Assembly (NCBI GenBank): GCA_021432655.1
Contig: MU271246.1
Span: forward strand, 1 to 64,000
DNA from: Atractiella rhizophila
Lineage: Eukaryota
Length of the DNA: 64,000 nt
Direction of reading: 5' to 3'
The notes beneath the pieces were generated by a model that was not told the DNA's origin, searched no databases, and worked only from the letters and a program-made list of their open reading frames with translations. The position numbers and the translations under genes are program-made. Shown here piece after piece: positions 13,920-27,526 of the stretch (position 1 is the first letter of the stretch; every line of letters starts with the position of its first letter).

Positions 13920-15241
13920 TCAACTTTTAGAAGGAACCTCGTCAAATGCAAAGGGGGGCGCTTCCGACTGAACCTCTTTCCATAACGCTTCCATCGCCTC
14001 GACAGCCCAACTCTCTAGCGGTCCCTTATGGACCCATTCAAGCCCTTCGACAATATGATTCTTCTTACCCGTACCCATAATCACACCGTCTCCAAACTCT
14101 CCTTTCAAAGCTGAATGGTAGACCGCCCATCTCGTTGCAACTTCCATCCCGGAGAGATTCCCGTGATCCTTCACAGTCGCGTGGAAGGACTTAAGAGCGT
14201 TAATCATAGCTGGTTTTGCGAACATGCCTCGATACGCCGCAGTTAGGTGAGCAGGTGCCGTCGAAGTGCCGTATCTACCGTCAGATATCGCCACAGTGTT
14301 AGACACTACGTGACTGCCTCGGAAGGAAACAGACCTGGTGTTACTCGTGGTTGATGGGTCCGTCAAAACGTACTTCTCTTGAAAGAAGCCTCCTGCGGTC
14401 ACAGACCAGGCATTGAAAGCTATTTTATGCTTTCTCAAGACTGGAAGTAGTCCAGTTTCGATATTTCTATGCAGCGAAATTGTCAGAAATGGTATCAAAC
14501 CGTCAAGTGCACACCTAGCCAAACCGTTGTATAAGCCTTGATATACCGACACCCGGACGAGTCCGTGCTCTTCCGACAGCTTGATGAATTCCTCCACGTC
14601 GGCTGCAGAATGGTTGGATACTCCAAACTACCAGTCTTTTCAGCCCCTGTACGACAGAGAGTGTCGACGTACCTTTTCGAATTTTCCCTCTCTGTACAGA
14701 GCATCCACCCCTCTCAGTGTCTCTAGGATCGGGACCGTCTTATCTGGCTTGTGCAGATAGAAGACTCGGACTTTGTCAACCTTCAGCCTGCGCCATAGCT
14801 TAAGATAGTGAAGCGAGTAAGAAATGATGCGAACCTCTGCAAAGAACTTTCCAAACTCGAGCGCAGGTTTTCTCGTTTATGTCCCCCCGGAAACCACGAA
14901 TTAGCCTTTGTATCAATCACCCAGCCCTGCTCGGCGGCTTTCCACTCTCCCAACAACGATTCGGATGTCGTTTCAGCACCAGGCGAGTACGCCTGTCAGT
15001 TAGCTGTTTACGCTTCTGAACTCTGACGTGGAATCGCTCAGCAAACCATTGCGGTGTCCATCACGGTGTGCCCTCGCTCTGTGTAGAGAGGCAAGTATTC
15101 GTCGAGCAGTGGAAGGCTGTTGAGCCACACATTCCCACCAATGGATGCTGCGTTCACGGAGTTCGTTAGACATTGTAAAAAGGTGGGAAAGAAACACGAA
15201 CCTCCACCAAAAATGATTTCCACAGGTATTTTGTTGCTCAT
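13920..15241 (-). CDS. Aldo-keto reductase (AKR7/aflatoxin aldehyde reductase-like)
   Basis: IIFGG, MDTA, IDTKANSWFPGGH, VFYLHKPD, VYQGLYNGLAR, RWAVYHSAL, GVIMG. Confidence 0.92.
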
Positions 15242-16529
15242 TTTCGTTTTATTCCTGCGCTCTGCTTTCCGTTTGGGAAAAGAGAGGAGCTAAGGTGCGT
15301 CTTTTATACTACGCTCAACCTTGAACTGTTCCAAACCCATAATTGTAGGTTGTACACTACTGTGTTGACAACTAAGTTACTTCATTGGAATAAAGGTGTT
15401 GGTTAGTGATTGCACGAACTTAACACCGACAAATCAGAATGAGCACTCGGCGGAACGGGATGATGTGTCACCATCAATCTCGACGCTTCCATCAGCTCCA
15501 GAGCTGCTTCTGCCTATACCTCGCATCAATGCATAAGCAGACAATCCAGGTATCTCTGTAAGATAGAGGAGAAAGTATCAGTACTGTATAATCAACGGGA
15601 TGCTAGATCCGCCTTTGGTTAAGGACCGGGAATCCTCTGCAGCATTTGTGTTGTTTCGCTGCGCGGTCTGCCTTCTCGCAGTAAGTCGAGCAAAATCCAG
15701 TGCTAGGCCACAGATAGTCTCATCAAGAACCAAGCTGAATGTGAGATTTAGCTCAGAGTCAAGGCTCAGTGGATTGGGGTCCGTGCTACATGGATTTGTG
15801 TTCATTACAATGAATCCTAATCCGCTGCAGTAAGAATTCTGCAAAGTGCGATGTCGGGATGCTTTTTAGCAATCGTCCTTGACCAAAATTGTCAGAGGGT
15901 CAGCTGGATGACGTGAACGGAGTCTGCAATCACGGATTTGTCCTGCAGCCTCATCTGAACGTGCACCGTCATGACTAAAAAAGTACAACCCCTCTTTGTC
16001 ACAGCTATTACTCAGGACGCAGCATTGTGTGACTATTTTTGTAAGTCATTGAAATGTCAAGAGAGAACAGATCTCTTATCAATTTCTCCGTCTCGAAGAT
16101 TGGTTTGTCGGCTGATGCTAAGAAGCCGAAAACAACCTCAGAAATATGGAACGGACACATAACATGCTGAGTGTGTTCATAGCTTCCTTTCACTTTCGCG
16201 ACTCCTCCGGTCGATATCCCTGACAATTTGGCCATTCCATCTGCGTGCTGTAATCGATGTTGTTTTGCTCTATCCAGGTCATTTCACTCGTAACATTGTG
16301 TGATGATTAAGCGTCCAGAATTAGAAGTTCGCCGATGGAGACCGCTTATACTCACTACTCATGAGCCTTCGATCATTCTCCTCCCCTCAAGAGTTCGCAA
16401 CTGGTGTTCGTGAGTTTTTGCGTTTTTGAGTCTTTGTTAGAGTGGCCTGCCTGGTATTTTTTTCTCTGCGCAGGGTACTAGTATGCTCATTCAAGTTGTA
16501 ATGGTGCAGGGTCCCACCCCGTGACCGTC

Positions 16530-19391
16530 ATGATTCCACGTCTCCTTCCATTCTTCCTTCTTGTCCTCCTTTGCACCTTTCAACTGACGTCGGGACACGA
16601 ATTGAATGATCAAAAGCCCTCTCTCACCGCTAGACTCGAGGGGGCAGAGAGCGAGTGCAGTCCTCTCAATCCAACAATCGTGGTAGCCGCTTCGGATGAG
16701 CGTCTAGATCCATCCTCCACAACAACACCACCTTCGCAGGATGTACCACAACCGTTTGAGGTGGAAAACGAGAAACTTGAGGAAATAGTGGATGCACAGA
16801 AACCGTCGCCTTCCGATTCTCTTCTTTCGTCAATCGATTCCAAAACTGCGGCCGATTCGCTTCCTCTGTCTACTCAGGGTGAGTTATCAGAAGACAACAC
16901 AAACTCGTCATTGTCTTCCCCGCATCTACCTCCTCTGCCTCGCGCATAAAGAGCCAACGGCTCCATCGCAACCACCAAAAGTGAACGACTCAAAGTTTCT
17001 CACCTTCAACGAATGGAAGCAGCGCGCAGAGGCGGAGGAAGAGGCTTTGCGGCAACCTATAGAGGTAGAAGAAGAGGGAGAAGAAGAAAATTGTCCTCCT
17101 TCTTCTTATTCCAACACCTCTCCTCCTACAACCCGAACAATGGAAGAATGCCCACCCAAATCTTCGCGTCGAAGATGGAGCTCGCTGTTCTCGATCTTCA
17201 CTCGCAACTCTTCTTCCCGATCTTCCAGCTCTAATAACTCGTCGCCGACCTCAGTTGGAGAGGAAGATGCGGAGGACGCTTCTCTATCTGTTAAACCGCC
17301 CCTCACACTCCTGTCACCCCTAGGCTCGGACTCGTTACCTTCCCTATCACCCCGTCCCAACTATGCATCATTGGACTGTGGTGCCTCTGTCCTCTCATCT
17401 TCTCGTGGATCTCGATCGGTCGGTTCTATTCTGTCCAACAGCCCTGATCGGTTCGTCACTCCTATCTCTTTTGTCAGAGTGCAGTGGCTCTGATTACTGG
17501 ATGTACAGATATATGAACGCTCCGTGTGCCGCCAAGGAGAAGTGGGTGGTTCTTGAGCTCTGTCAAGAGATTGAACTAGACATCATCCTCGTCGGGAACC
17601 TGGAGTTTTTTCTCATCAGGGTTCAAGGATGTGCTCGTCAGGGTGGCAGAGGAGATCGAGGGAAGGGGAGAATTTGGTCGATGGAAGGAAGTTGGCATAC
17701 TGAAAGCGTTAAATATTCGTGGATTACAGGTAACACTGCATTCTCAAGAAATCACGGAAGCTTTCTTGATGGACGTTGCAACAGGCATTCAAACTCCCAC
17801 CTACTTCGGGGTTCTACAAATACGTCCGCCTAGATTTCATTTCCCACTATGGCTCTGAACACTTCTGTCCTGTGAGCAACGTCAAAGTTTACGGAGCGAC
17901 GCAAATGGAGGTCTATCGTCGAGAAGAAGGAGCGAGGAAGAAGATGGAAGAGCGACGGGAAGTCAAGGTGTTAGTTGAGGAGCCGATCGTATCGGCTAGC
18001 CCTACCATCGTCATTGAAGACTCAGCAGGGGCTGGCGCAGATGTTGAGCCAATGCCGCCCATCATCCCTCCGTCCGCAGGTGTGACAACAGACAATCACG
18101 TCGCCCTCGAATCGCTCATCGCTTCTCTGTCGCAAAACGTATCCGCCTCCCCCGATGCAACTCCCACGTCGAACATCGAGCCTCAACAAGCCCCACAACC
18201 TTCTGCGCATGCCTCGAACGCGCCGACAACGGAAAGCATTTTTGGTGCCATCACCAGGCGATTGAATGCCCTGGAGGCGAACGCTACGCTTACGATGCAG
18301 TACTTGGAAATTCAAGGGAGGTGGCTGGCGGAGAGACTCGAGAAATTAGATGGTATGGATGGATGGGTTCGTATTCTTACGTCTAACTACAGGAACGTAT
18401 TAACTAGGGCAGGAAACAGAGGAGGAAACAAGAGAGCTTGATGAGCCGTCTGTTACTCGAATTGCAGTTCGAGAGGGCGGAAATGGAACGAGAGAGGATT
18501 CACGTCAACAGTCAACTAATGGCCCTTGCTCGAGACGTATGTACTTTTCACTTAGATCCTCGTAAGACAGAATTGACAGTTACAACAGATTTCTTTCGAG
18601 CAGCGACTGGGTGTTGCTCAACTATTCGGACTTCTCGCCCTATTCTTCTTCGTCGCCTTCACCCGTGGAGCACGAGACCTTGGAGCTGCCTCCACCGACT
18701 CCCGGCGACGGCTTTCGCGTATGTTCCCCCTTCTTTACCCCTCATTCACATTCCCTGACGTAACCTGAAATCAACCACTTCAGATAACGATCAGTTGCTT
18801 CAACCAATGGTCTCCCCTCTTCCTCTTCCTCGCACACCAGCCCGCAAACCGCTAGCTCTCAAACCGATACGATCTCGCGCTCCTCTTACTCTCAACTCCC
18901 CAACCAACTCCAAATTCCGCCGCTTCCGCTCCGCAACTCCTCCGCCACGCTTCGATAGCGGTCTGGCGACACCGAGTTTCGAAGTGGAGAAGAAGGGAGA
19001 AAGGACAGAACACACCACTGGCCCTTCTTCTCCACCGCGGAAGAGACAGATTAAAACCAGCTTGAAGGGAAAGAAGAGGGAAGACGAAGTCGAGTTCCCT
19101 ACTTCTGCCGCCAGTAGTACGTTTAGGCGACGACCCTTCCGAATTTCCATGTCGTCTAGGACGTCCTCTTTTGAAGAAAGGAGGAGGAATTCGGAGACCA
19201 ATGATGGAACGACAAGCAAGAGAGGGAGCATGTATGAACCGCCACTGGATCCTCCAGATGCCAGTTCGGAGTATGAGGACATTTCTTCTGCCCTTGAAAG
19301 CGGGAGGAGTGAGGTTGAGGATCCTTGGAGTATCGACGGGGGGGTGGAGAGACCGGATGCAAGTCCGAGGCAGCCTGTGATGGTTGCTTAA
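16530..19391 (+). CDS. SLP1: Mid-SUN (UNC-like C-terminal) domain membrane protein Slp1/SUCO-like; two apparent frameshifts
   Basis: Signal peptide; FLTFNEWK; NYASLDCGA; RYMNAPC..KWVVLELCQEI; YVRLDFISHYGSEHFCPVSNVKVYG; ESIFGAITRRLNALEANATL; late TM helix. Confidence 0.88.
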
Positions 19392-19532
19392 TCTTATTTC
19401 TCAGCAGTATGGATGGCATTGGATATTGGATATTCGGTTGTAGGAGGAGAGAGGGAGGAAGGGTATAGTTATTCATTCGAGTACCGTTAAGTGCACCATC
19501 ACTGTATTTTATTCATGCATTGCACGACAAAA

Positions 19533-22081
19533 TCAACGAACGGAATTTCTTTCCATCGACATGACTTCCATCTCGCTCCTCCTCCTCTTTGCTCCAGTAT
19601 AAGAAAAGCCAGGAAGAGTAAAATCCCATAGAAACAACCTCTCCTCGTCTGCTGAAGTCACCAATGTCCGACCATCACTCGTGAGCGCGGCTTGTGTAAC
19701 AGGGGCGTTATGGCCTTTCAGAAATGCCAATTCTTTCATCTGACTCGGACTGCTGTTCCATACACTGATACAGTCATGATTCTTCAGAGCGGAATCATGC
19801 GACATTCCATGCGTAGAAATAATCTCGTTCGTCGACCGCGGCGGTAGACAGGGTGCTTTTCGGAGCTGCAGGGTTTGTGAAAAAACGGCAGGCTAACTAC
19901 CTGGTTTTGCGGCCCAGAACTCGCGCTTCTGCTGCGTAAAAGCGATGGTAAAGCCTCCATCCCAGAAAGGCAAGCAGAAACCCAAGAACAAGCCAGCGTG
20001 CTGCCCTCCGTCCATCCAAAGACGAAGACGGACACTGCTCTTAAAACCTCTCCTTCGTCGCCTCTCCCCTACCCACTCCCTCCTCAAACCTAACCTCCGC
20101 CCACCGCCCTCTCCCCTCTCACCCTCCCATCCTCCCTGCCGCGACCCACCACAAGCCTGCTACTTCTCACACGGCAGCCCCTCCTACATCACAAACCGCC
20201 GACCCCTCCTCTCCTCTCCTAGCGCGCAATAAGCTCGCAAGCACCACACCTGACTTGCGGAACAATACACCGCGCTCTCCCATTTCTTCCTGTAAAACCA
20301 AGACTTCTTATTACCCATCCATACGATTGGTCAAACTGCTGGTTTCCCTTGAGAATGTCAACTTTTTGTGTCACGACTTTGACAGGGGGACACGTTTTAA
20401 TATAGGTGTGTTGAGCTCATCTATCGGACCTAAAGCGGGTGATTATGGGAGAAGACGGAGGAGGATCTGACAGTTCAACTAAGCAAAACGTCGAGTGAAC
20501 CGCCCACACAGGAAAAAGCGTACGACGCGAAGCCGATATGGTGAACAATAGAAGTGAAGGGTGTGAGTCGACAAGCAGTCTCCTCGAAACCGTATGATCA
20601 GATCACCGGGAACTCTGTGCAGCTTTCCAGCTATATGGTCGCTCGATCTATATTCATTCGTATTCAGTATTTAGTAAGCGCGTGCGCAAGACAACTGCAA
20701 CACGGTTTCGAGTTGTCTTCCCTTTCCCCGAAGTCAGCTAAAGCGAACTGTCGAACCGACGAGGTCGGTAGCGAGCCCGAGTGAATAGTGACGAGAGTAA
20801 TGTTTGAGTGAACCAAATTGGCGTATATACACTCGCAAATAAGTGCGTGAACAAGAACATGGTTCGACTGAACGATCTTTGGAAGCCTTTCTGCGCAGTT
20901 TCTCGTGTCGCTTTTGCTTGAGCTTGTACCTAAAGGGTCCTGGTAGGAGAGGGAGGTGGAGGTTAGAAAGAGAAAGGGAGAGAGAAAGGGCCAGAATAAG
21001 GGAGAGGCTTGTGAGTTCGTTGTTCGCTGCCGCAGAGTCGCTGGCTAAGTGAGGAGTTGCTTGTCCGTCAGGCTGGCTGTACAGGAAGAAGGGGAGGCTA
21101 AAGCAGAGAGGGAGGGAGTTCGCGAGAGTTTGCCTACGTGGGTGCCCACCTCTACGGTAGTCAGCGTACGAGCGGTTTAGAGACTCGCCTTTCCGGCTAT
21201 CAGCAGCCAACAAATCGATGCCTCGAAGTTCGTCGTTTTCTGGAAGAGCACACGAAGCTCTAGTGCTGTACGGATGGAGACTCTGCATGGTCGGTAGAGC
21301 TAGCTGCGCTCAGTTCCTCTCGTTTCTTGTCTGTAGCTCTTTAGAAGGGGTCTTTACAATGTTCACAGACCTGCGCGGCATAGAGGAAACGCTAAAGATA
21401 TAGAGCCAAGAGCTGACCAGTAGCCTGCTATCCTGTGAGCGACAGCGCGAAAGGTTGGCAGAAATGGAGACCCTTGTCTCGCCTTGCTGCCAGTTCGACA
21501 CGCTTAAGGGAAGCCTCCTCTAGTAGTGAAGGCAAGCGACCCACGGCTGCGAAAGTTCGAGGGTTTATCGTCAGCCTTGCTGGTCCCCCTTTTGAGTATA
21601 AATGCTACCTCCCTGCCCTCGTAACCATGCTTGAATAGTAGGTAGTTGGTAGTCACATAGTCTTAGCTAACGAAGCTACTCAACCTTTCTGCGGTAAGAG
21701 AGGTGGCGAAACTTTCGTCCCTGGTAAGAGGTAGCGCTGCAAGCTCTAGGAAGAAGTGTGTAGCGTTCCGAAGCTCCTGTGGCACCTTCGCAAACGCCAG
21801 AACGTACCTCGTCCCTACCTTTCGATCGCTCGCCTCCTCTCCTGCCTCAGCAGAAGCACACCCTACCTTACCTCCTCGCTGGCTGTTAGTTCAACCTGCG
21901 AGTAGGCCCACGTCGGCGATTCCGAGAGACAACCTCAGGAAAGGCGAGAAGATAGGAAGACTGACCACCGCCTAAAGTTCTGCCTAGGTAGTTAAAAACC
22001 TTGTGGAGAAAGCTTGGAAGATTTCGGGAGGAGAGCAGGTTAGGATGACCACGAGTTCAGACATTAAACAAAACCAGTGCC
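19533..22081 (-). CDS. CDC20/Fizzy-family APC/C activator, ~485 aa, intronless CDS. First 385 codons = plain COMPLEMENT of 20927-22081; last 101 codons = normal minus strand 19835-19533
   Basis: Complement reads MDFPG...SDRFTPQR (C-box-like)...CLDAPYLLCDFYISVLDWS...GHRGSVCGLAWS...GAQVCNLFWSR and joins in frame to STNEIISTHG...LKGHNAPV...LFLWDF...SVR*. Confidence 0.93.
19836..22081. other. Mirror-reversed (uncomplemented) segment 1, left of N-gap 22082-22100
   Basis: 19836-19861 read backwards equals 22101-22126 (cttttcgtgggacagatggcggcgcc); in-frame gene joins at both ends. Confidence 0.97.
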
Positions 22082-22244
22082 NNNNNNNNNNNNNNNNNNN
22101 CTTTTCGTGGGACAGATGGCGGCGCCGAGTACGAAGGAGGCGAAGGAGATGAGGGAGAATGAACGGTTGGAGAGGTGGGAGCAGATGGGGTGGAGGAGGA
22201 AGGTGGTTTGGGAAGAGAGGGCGAAGAGGAGGGCGGTTTGGTAG
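19836..22244 (+). CDS. MRPL20: Mitochondrial ribosomal protein mL58 (MRPL20). 5' part read backwards (uncomplemented) from ATG at 20294; 3' part normal at 22101-22244
   Basis: Reverse reading MSFFTLSRHITRRSVH...RDPL...LPDGTLFIVRTPPS...MRRLRAQDPAFWS continues into LFVGQMAAP...GWRRKVVWEERAKRRAVW*; two small indels in the mirrored part. Confidence 0.82.
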
Positions 22245-22927
22245 GAGTCTTATGTGCGCGCTTTTCTTTCGATTGGTTTGGAGAGAGGTGCGGCGGCGGA
22301 AAAGTATTACTGGTTTTGAGTAATTGCTGAACAAATCCTACTTGTTCCTGCAGTCGGTGCCGTGTTTTTAACTGGTTAGAGTTTAAACTATTCGATTCAT
22401 TCTGCCGAATCAATGAGGCGTTCATTTTGAGCTTCCATTGTAAAAAGTACCTCTACTTGACAGGTGAAAGCAAGTAGAAGATAAAGGGGACGAGGTGCGG
22501 CCAAGTTCTCAACTAGATAATATTTAGAATGCCTCAGTCCATTCTGCCAAAACAATATATCCTTCATTTTGTTTTGAACTTCCTTTAGGAAAGAGTGGCG
22601 GATGCAGAAACTATTAGACTGTTACGGTGACGAGGTGTGTCAGTTGTGCGTCACATTGTTATGCTGATGTTTTTGAGTTCGGCACTGAGTACAACAACCG
22701 GCCACGGTGAATCCCGACGCTGTCTCTCAGCCATTGGGAACTTCCAATCCAAGAATATGCTGATTGGACCTCGTATCATACTCATGCGCGACTATGGTGC
22801 TGATGTACGGTTTCCAGACATTAGATCTTCAGAGCTGATGGAGTAGACACCATAAATTTGCTACTAGGGGAGGTAGTGTAACGTTCACACAAGCTCTCGT
22901 GAATTTTATTTCAAACATCCACTCAAC

Positions 22928-23927
22928 TCATAGCCAATCCTTGGAACCGTGATGTGAAAGGAAATCGCCACTCTGTTCTCGAGTTAGATGATGAATGACG
23001 TCCAAACAAGCCTCTGCGCTTTCTTTTGGCGTGATGGCGCCTTTGAAACTAGGCTTGACCTTTCTGAACTCGCCAACAAGGTATGCATCCAGCGCCCTGT
23101 CCTGATCATTGCCTGATGTGGAAATGATGATTAGTCTGGACGAGGTGGATGGCAAGTCCAAGTGACTTACGTTCCCTAGTCAAAGTGTTCACGTATCCTG
23201 GTGACAATGACAAAAACTTGATTTCTGGGTAAGTGTAAGCCCATTTCGCTGTCAACATATTGATGGCAGCCTTCGAAATGGAGTATGGAGCTCCAGCCGG
23301 AAACCGTGCAGTTCGGGTAAACTCAAGGTCTCCCATACCTGTCGACTGTTGAGCTGTGAGATTAAGAGGAGTTGAAAGGGAAGAGAAACACACCATAGTG
23401 ACTACCTTGGGGTCGGATGATTTCAGCAGCAAAGGGAGGAAGGTAAATATCGTAATATTGGACTGGTCTATCGTCAATGTCCTGAAATGTATTGAAGCCA
23501 GGAGACTTACACCCAGCACGTTCACTTCCCAGTTTTCATTCATGTCTTTCAAAAACTGTTTTAGATTTCCGTCACCCTCCACGTACCCCCTCGGCGAATC
23601 GCCATGCATAACAGCAGCATTGTTAATGAGGACATCGATCTTTCTGGCCTTGGCTTCGACGTCTTTGACCACCTTTTCGAGCGTCGAAGCGTAAGACTCG
23701 GATTCCCCAATTTCCCCGATTTCGACAACGTGTACATTCGGCGCTGGCGTGTAGATGAGAGTGGATTTGCTTCTCACCAGAGCGAATATCGTGTTTGAAG
23801 ACTCGGCAGAGAGTTGTTGGACGATGGCTGCTCCCTATAACCCCCTCTATCAGGGAGACCATTTCTGTACATTTGGAGAAGTACCCACAATCCCGCGAGC
23901 TGCTCCTGTGATCACGTAGACAGACAT
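22928..23927 (-). CDS. Short-chain dehydrogenase/reductase, paralogue A
   Basis: MSVYVITGAARGIG, DVLINNA, PYSISKAA, SLSPGYV, FLSHHGSKDWL*. Confidence 0.93.
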
Positions 23928-25302
23928 GCTTCTAACTTCGGCAGTGTTGATGACCTGATTGTATACTTTTCCGATAATATTTGTCTCCGTATTGCCAGCA
24001 TTTTATATGGAGAGAGGCATTGGCGTTAGGAACAATTAGATGTCAGCTCCTGCTACCGCACTGCAGTATTATCGCGCCCGTATCCGTAATGCAGTTTGGT
24101 GATGCTTGCAAATCGATGTTGTCCACGGTCAGAGTATCTTAACACCGACCATCTAAAGGCTATCCCAGTCCGAAAATAAGCAGGAGGGTGGGGCATTGCA
24201 CAATCAACTCCGTTCAGATTCACTCTCAGTCTCAACAGGAGCCATCCGCGGATCCACTTTGTCGCCCCCTTCCCTGCACGATGAGTGGGTAGATGTGTCA
24301 GCGCCAGTAATATATTGTTTGGACAGTTTGGCAGATTGGCACAATCAGGAAAGCTTCAACCAGGTTTTGAAAGGGAGCGACGGAGACACAATTGATACAA
24401 TCTGAAGCTCTGGTTCTGAGTGAAATAAACCTGGTCTCGTTAACCCTTGTTTTGCTTCAAGTTGAAGGTATCTTGAAAAGCTATTAGAAAAGCTATTAAA
24501 AGCAATAGCAAGAGAGTTTATTCTTCTCAGCTTGGGTCAGCAATTTTCAAGCACTTCCATCCTACATGTTACTACATAGGTACTAAAAGAAGTGAATGGC
24601 AAAGTGGAAAGTGTGTTCTCTTCCGAGAAATGGGAGAGCCCATGTACCATTATTATAATTCGCGAGACTTCGTCTTATGCGAACAGAGTATTCTTCAGCT
24701 ATTCCACTGTGACGCGCCGCGATACTTCTGGATAGTGAACTTTCCTGCATACTGTTTGCCGAATGGAAAGTTCGATGGAACAGAGACGGGATCGCAGAAA
24801 TGATTGACACGCACTGGTATTAGTCGATAGCAAACTGAAGCACCCATGTCATTGTGTTCATCTCAGCACGCTCTGATTCGATCCAGCGGAAGAGAGTTGA
24901 GCTGGAATCCCCTTGGGCAAGAGGATGAGGGTCTGTCCGTCCTAAGGTGTTACATGCTCCTTCGCATCCACGCCAAGGCTCAAGGGTACTGTCACGCAAG
25001 AAACAACTGTCATACCCCCTTCCTGGCGACTTTTGGATCTGCGGGTGTAGTAGTTACATTGCTAAGTTGCTGTCTTAGAGTTTGGTCAAGGTAACGTCAC
25101 GACCGTCATTGATTTCATATATAAAGGGACTTTCATGCAAGCTTATGTTGCCTCAGGTTCATATCATATTGGTGCATGATACGGCATAGAAATACGCTTT
25201 CCTTGACAATGTAATGAAGCAGAGTTCATGGGGCATTTTACTGGACAGTTAGTATTGTTGACACAGTGCGATGCTTTCATTTCATTCTAATATCCGTTCA
25301 GC

Positions 25303-26316
25303 TCATAGCCAATCCTTGGAGCCGTGATGAGAAAGAAAATCGCCACTTTGTTCTCGGGTTAAGTGATGAATAACGTCCAAACAAGCCTCCGCACTCTCTT
25401 TCGTCGTGATGAGACCGTTGAAAGTGGGTTTCACCTTTCTGAACTCGCCGACAAGGTATGCATCGATAGCCTTCTCCTGATCATTTCCTGGAGAAGAAAG
25501 GCTTGATCAGCTTGTAGGAAAGGACAAAGTCCAAGCACTTACGCTCTCGGGTCAAACTGTCCACATATCCAGGGGACAGGGACAAAAACTTGATTTCCGG
25601 GTAGGCATAAGCCCATTTGGCCGTCAACATGTTCGTGGCAGCCTTCGAAATGGAGTACGGAGCGGTGGCCGCGAAACGTGCTGCTCGTGTGAACTCGAGG
25701 TCTGCTAGACCAGTCGACTATTGACAATATTGAGGTGTGAGGTGAGGTAGCGGTGAAATGGAACGAAACCTTACAAGTGTTACCGCCTTGGGATCAGACG
25801 ACTTCAGGAGCAAAGGTAGGAAGGCGAATATGGTAATGTTTGCCTGACCTATTGTCAGCGCCGGCGCCCCCGACATTGAGATTCCTGAAACTTACACCTA
25901 GCACGTTCACCTCCCAGTTCTCATTCATGTCCTTTAAAAACTGTTTTAGCTTCCCGTCTCCCTCCACGTACCCCCTCGGCGAATCGCCATGCATAACACC
26001 AGCATTGTTAATGAGGACATCGACCTTGTTGGCTTTGGTTTCGACGTCTTTGACCACCTTTTCGAGCGTCGAAGCGTAAGACTCAGAATCTCCAATCTCC
26101 CCGATTTCGACAACGTGTACATTTGATGCAGGTGTGTAGATGAGAGTAGACTTGCTTCGCACTAAGGCGAATATCGTGTTCGAAGACTCGGCGGAGAGTT
26201 GTTGAACCATGGCTGCTCCCTATTCACCAAACAACTTCCGTCAGAGAGTCATTTTCTACGTCTGCAGAAGTACGCACAATCCCACGAGCTGCTCCTGTAA
26301 TCACGTAGACAGACAT
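25303..26316 (-). CDS. Short-chain dehydrogenase/reductase, paralogue B (tandem duplicate of A)
   Basis: Same exon layout and motifs as A (INNAG, YSISKAA, SHHGSKDWL*); upstream sequence also similar. Confidence 0.93.
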
Positions 26317-27526
26317 GTTTCCGACTTGTGTAGTGCTGATGAATGAATTAATGTAAGTTTTCTGGATGAGGCTTTCCCTTCCATGTTACCAGCACTTTTA
26401 TATGGAGGGAGGCATTGGCGTTAGGAACAATTCGATGTAAGCTCGTTGTAAGTTCCTGCCACTGCACTGCGGTACGATCGCGCCCGCATCCCGTAATGGA
26501 GTTTGGTGCCAGTACGCGATGTTTGCAAGCGAACCCATCTTGCGAGACGGCGGCTTACGTGCCAAGTTCCCGCAAATCGATGATGACCACAGACAGGTCG
26601 ACGGTCAGAAATGCCTTAACACCGACCAGCCTTTCAACAGGATGGAGCGATAATCACTCTCCTCAAGAATAGGAGCCGTCCGCGGATCCATTCCCTCGCT
26701 CCGTACTCAATGTCTGTGGATGTATCATATGCGTCAGCATGGTCCATCCCAGTATTACATCTAATTAGCACATTTTGGAGTCTTTTAGAGAGCTTCAATT
26801 ATTTTCAAAGTATGAAATGGAGCGATTGTACTCGGACCTACCAATCAGGCTCCGAGTTAAACATCGTTAACCGGTGTTTTACTACGTACTTCAAGTTGAT
26901 GGCACATTGCAAAATGAAACGAAGCAGACACACAAGTCACATTCTTATCAGCTACCTAAAGAAGTGAACAACGAATCGGAAGTCAAGCGACTCCTCCTCC
27001 AAAGAAAGAAGAAAGGCTGGAAGAAACAGAAGCAGGCTACCTTCCCTCGTTCGGCTTCCTCTTATGCGAGCAAAAGGATTCTTCAGGTCATTTGTCTCTC
27101 TTTTTCACGCTTCTGTGCTGTTGCAACTGCACGATTTTTCATGCTGACGGGGAATAATCCTTACTTGATACCTTGAGCACTAGAAGCAGGCGGCTAGGCA
27201 GCAAAGAGCGACATGCTCTGATTCACCATTTAATAAAGACTGATGGACTTCTGTCGAGTTCGAGTACAATAGGAAATACGGAGGACGCACAATCTCATCA
27301 TGGTACCACCTCAGCTCTCCTCTGCTTTGCTTTCATCACAACAACAGTTCTTGATCTGGTATCACGTGACCTACGCGTCAACTCCAACGTCCGCTTTCGA
27401 ATCTTCGCCTATTCTACTAGCGAATCGATCATCCACAGTATCTGCTGCAACTCACAGCCTCTAACGAATACTATCTCCATATCCAACAGACCATTGCGCC
27501 GAACAAACAGTATCATCCGTATTCAA

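Noticed and set aside
20734..21975. ORF-track entries within segment 1 (e.g. 20734-21288, 184 aa)
   Set aside because: Shadows of mirrored sequence; the real CDS is on the plain complement
21984..22425. Pro/Ser-rich minus-strand ORFs spanning the gap
   Set aside because: Antisense to the mL58 3' end and cross Ns
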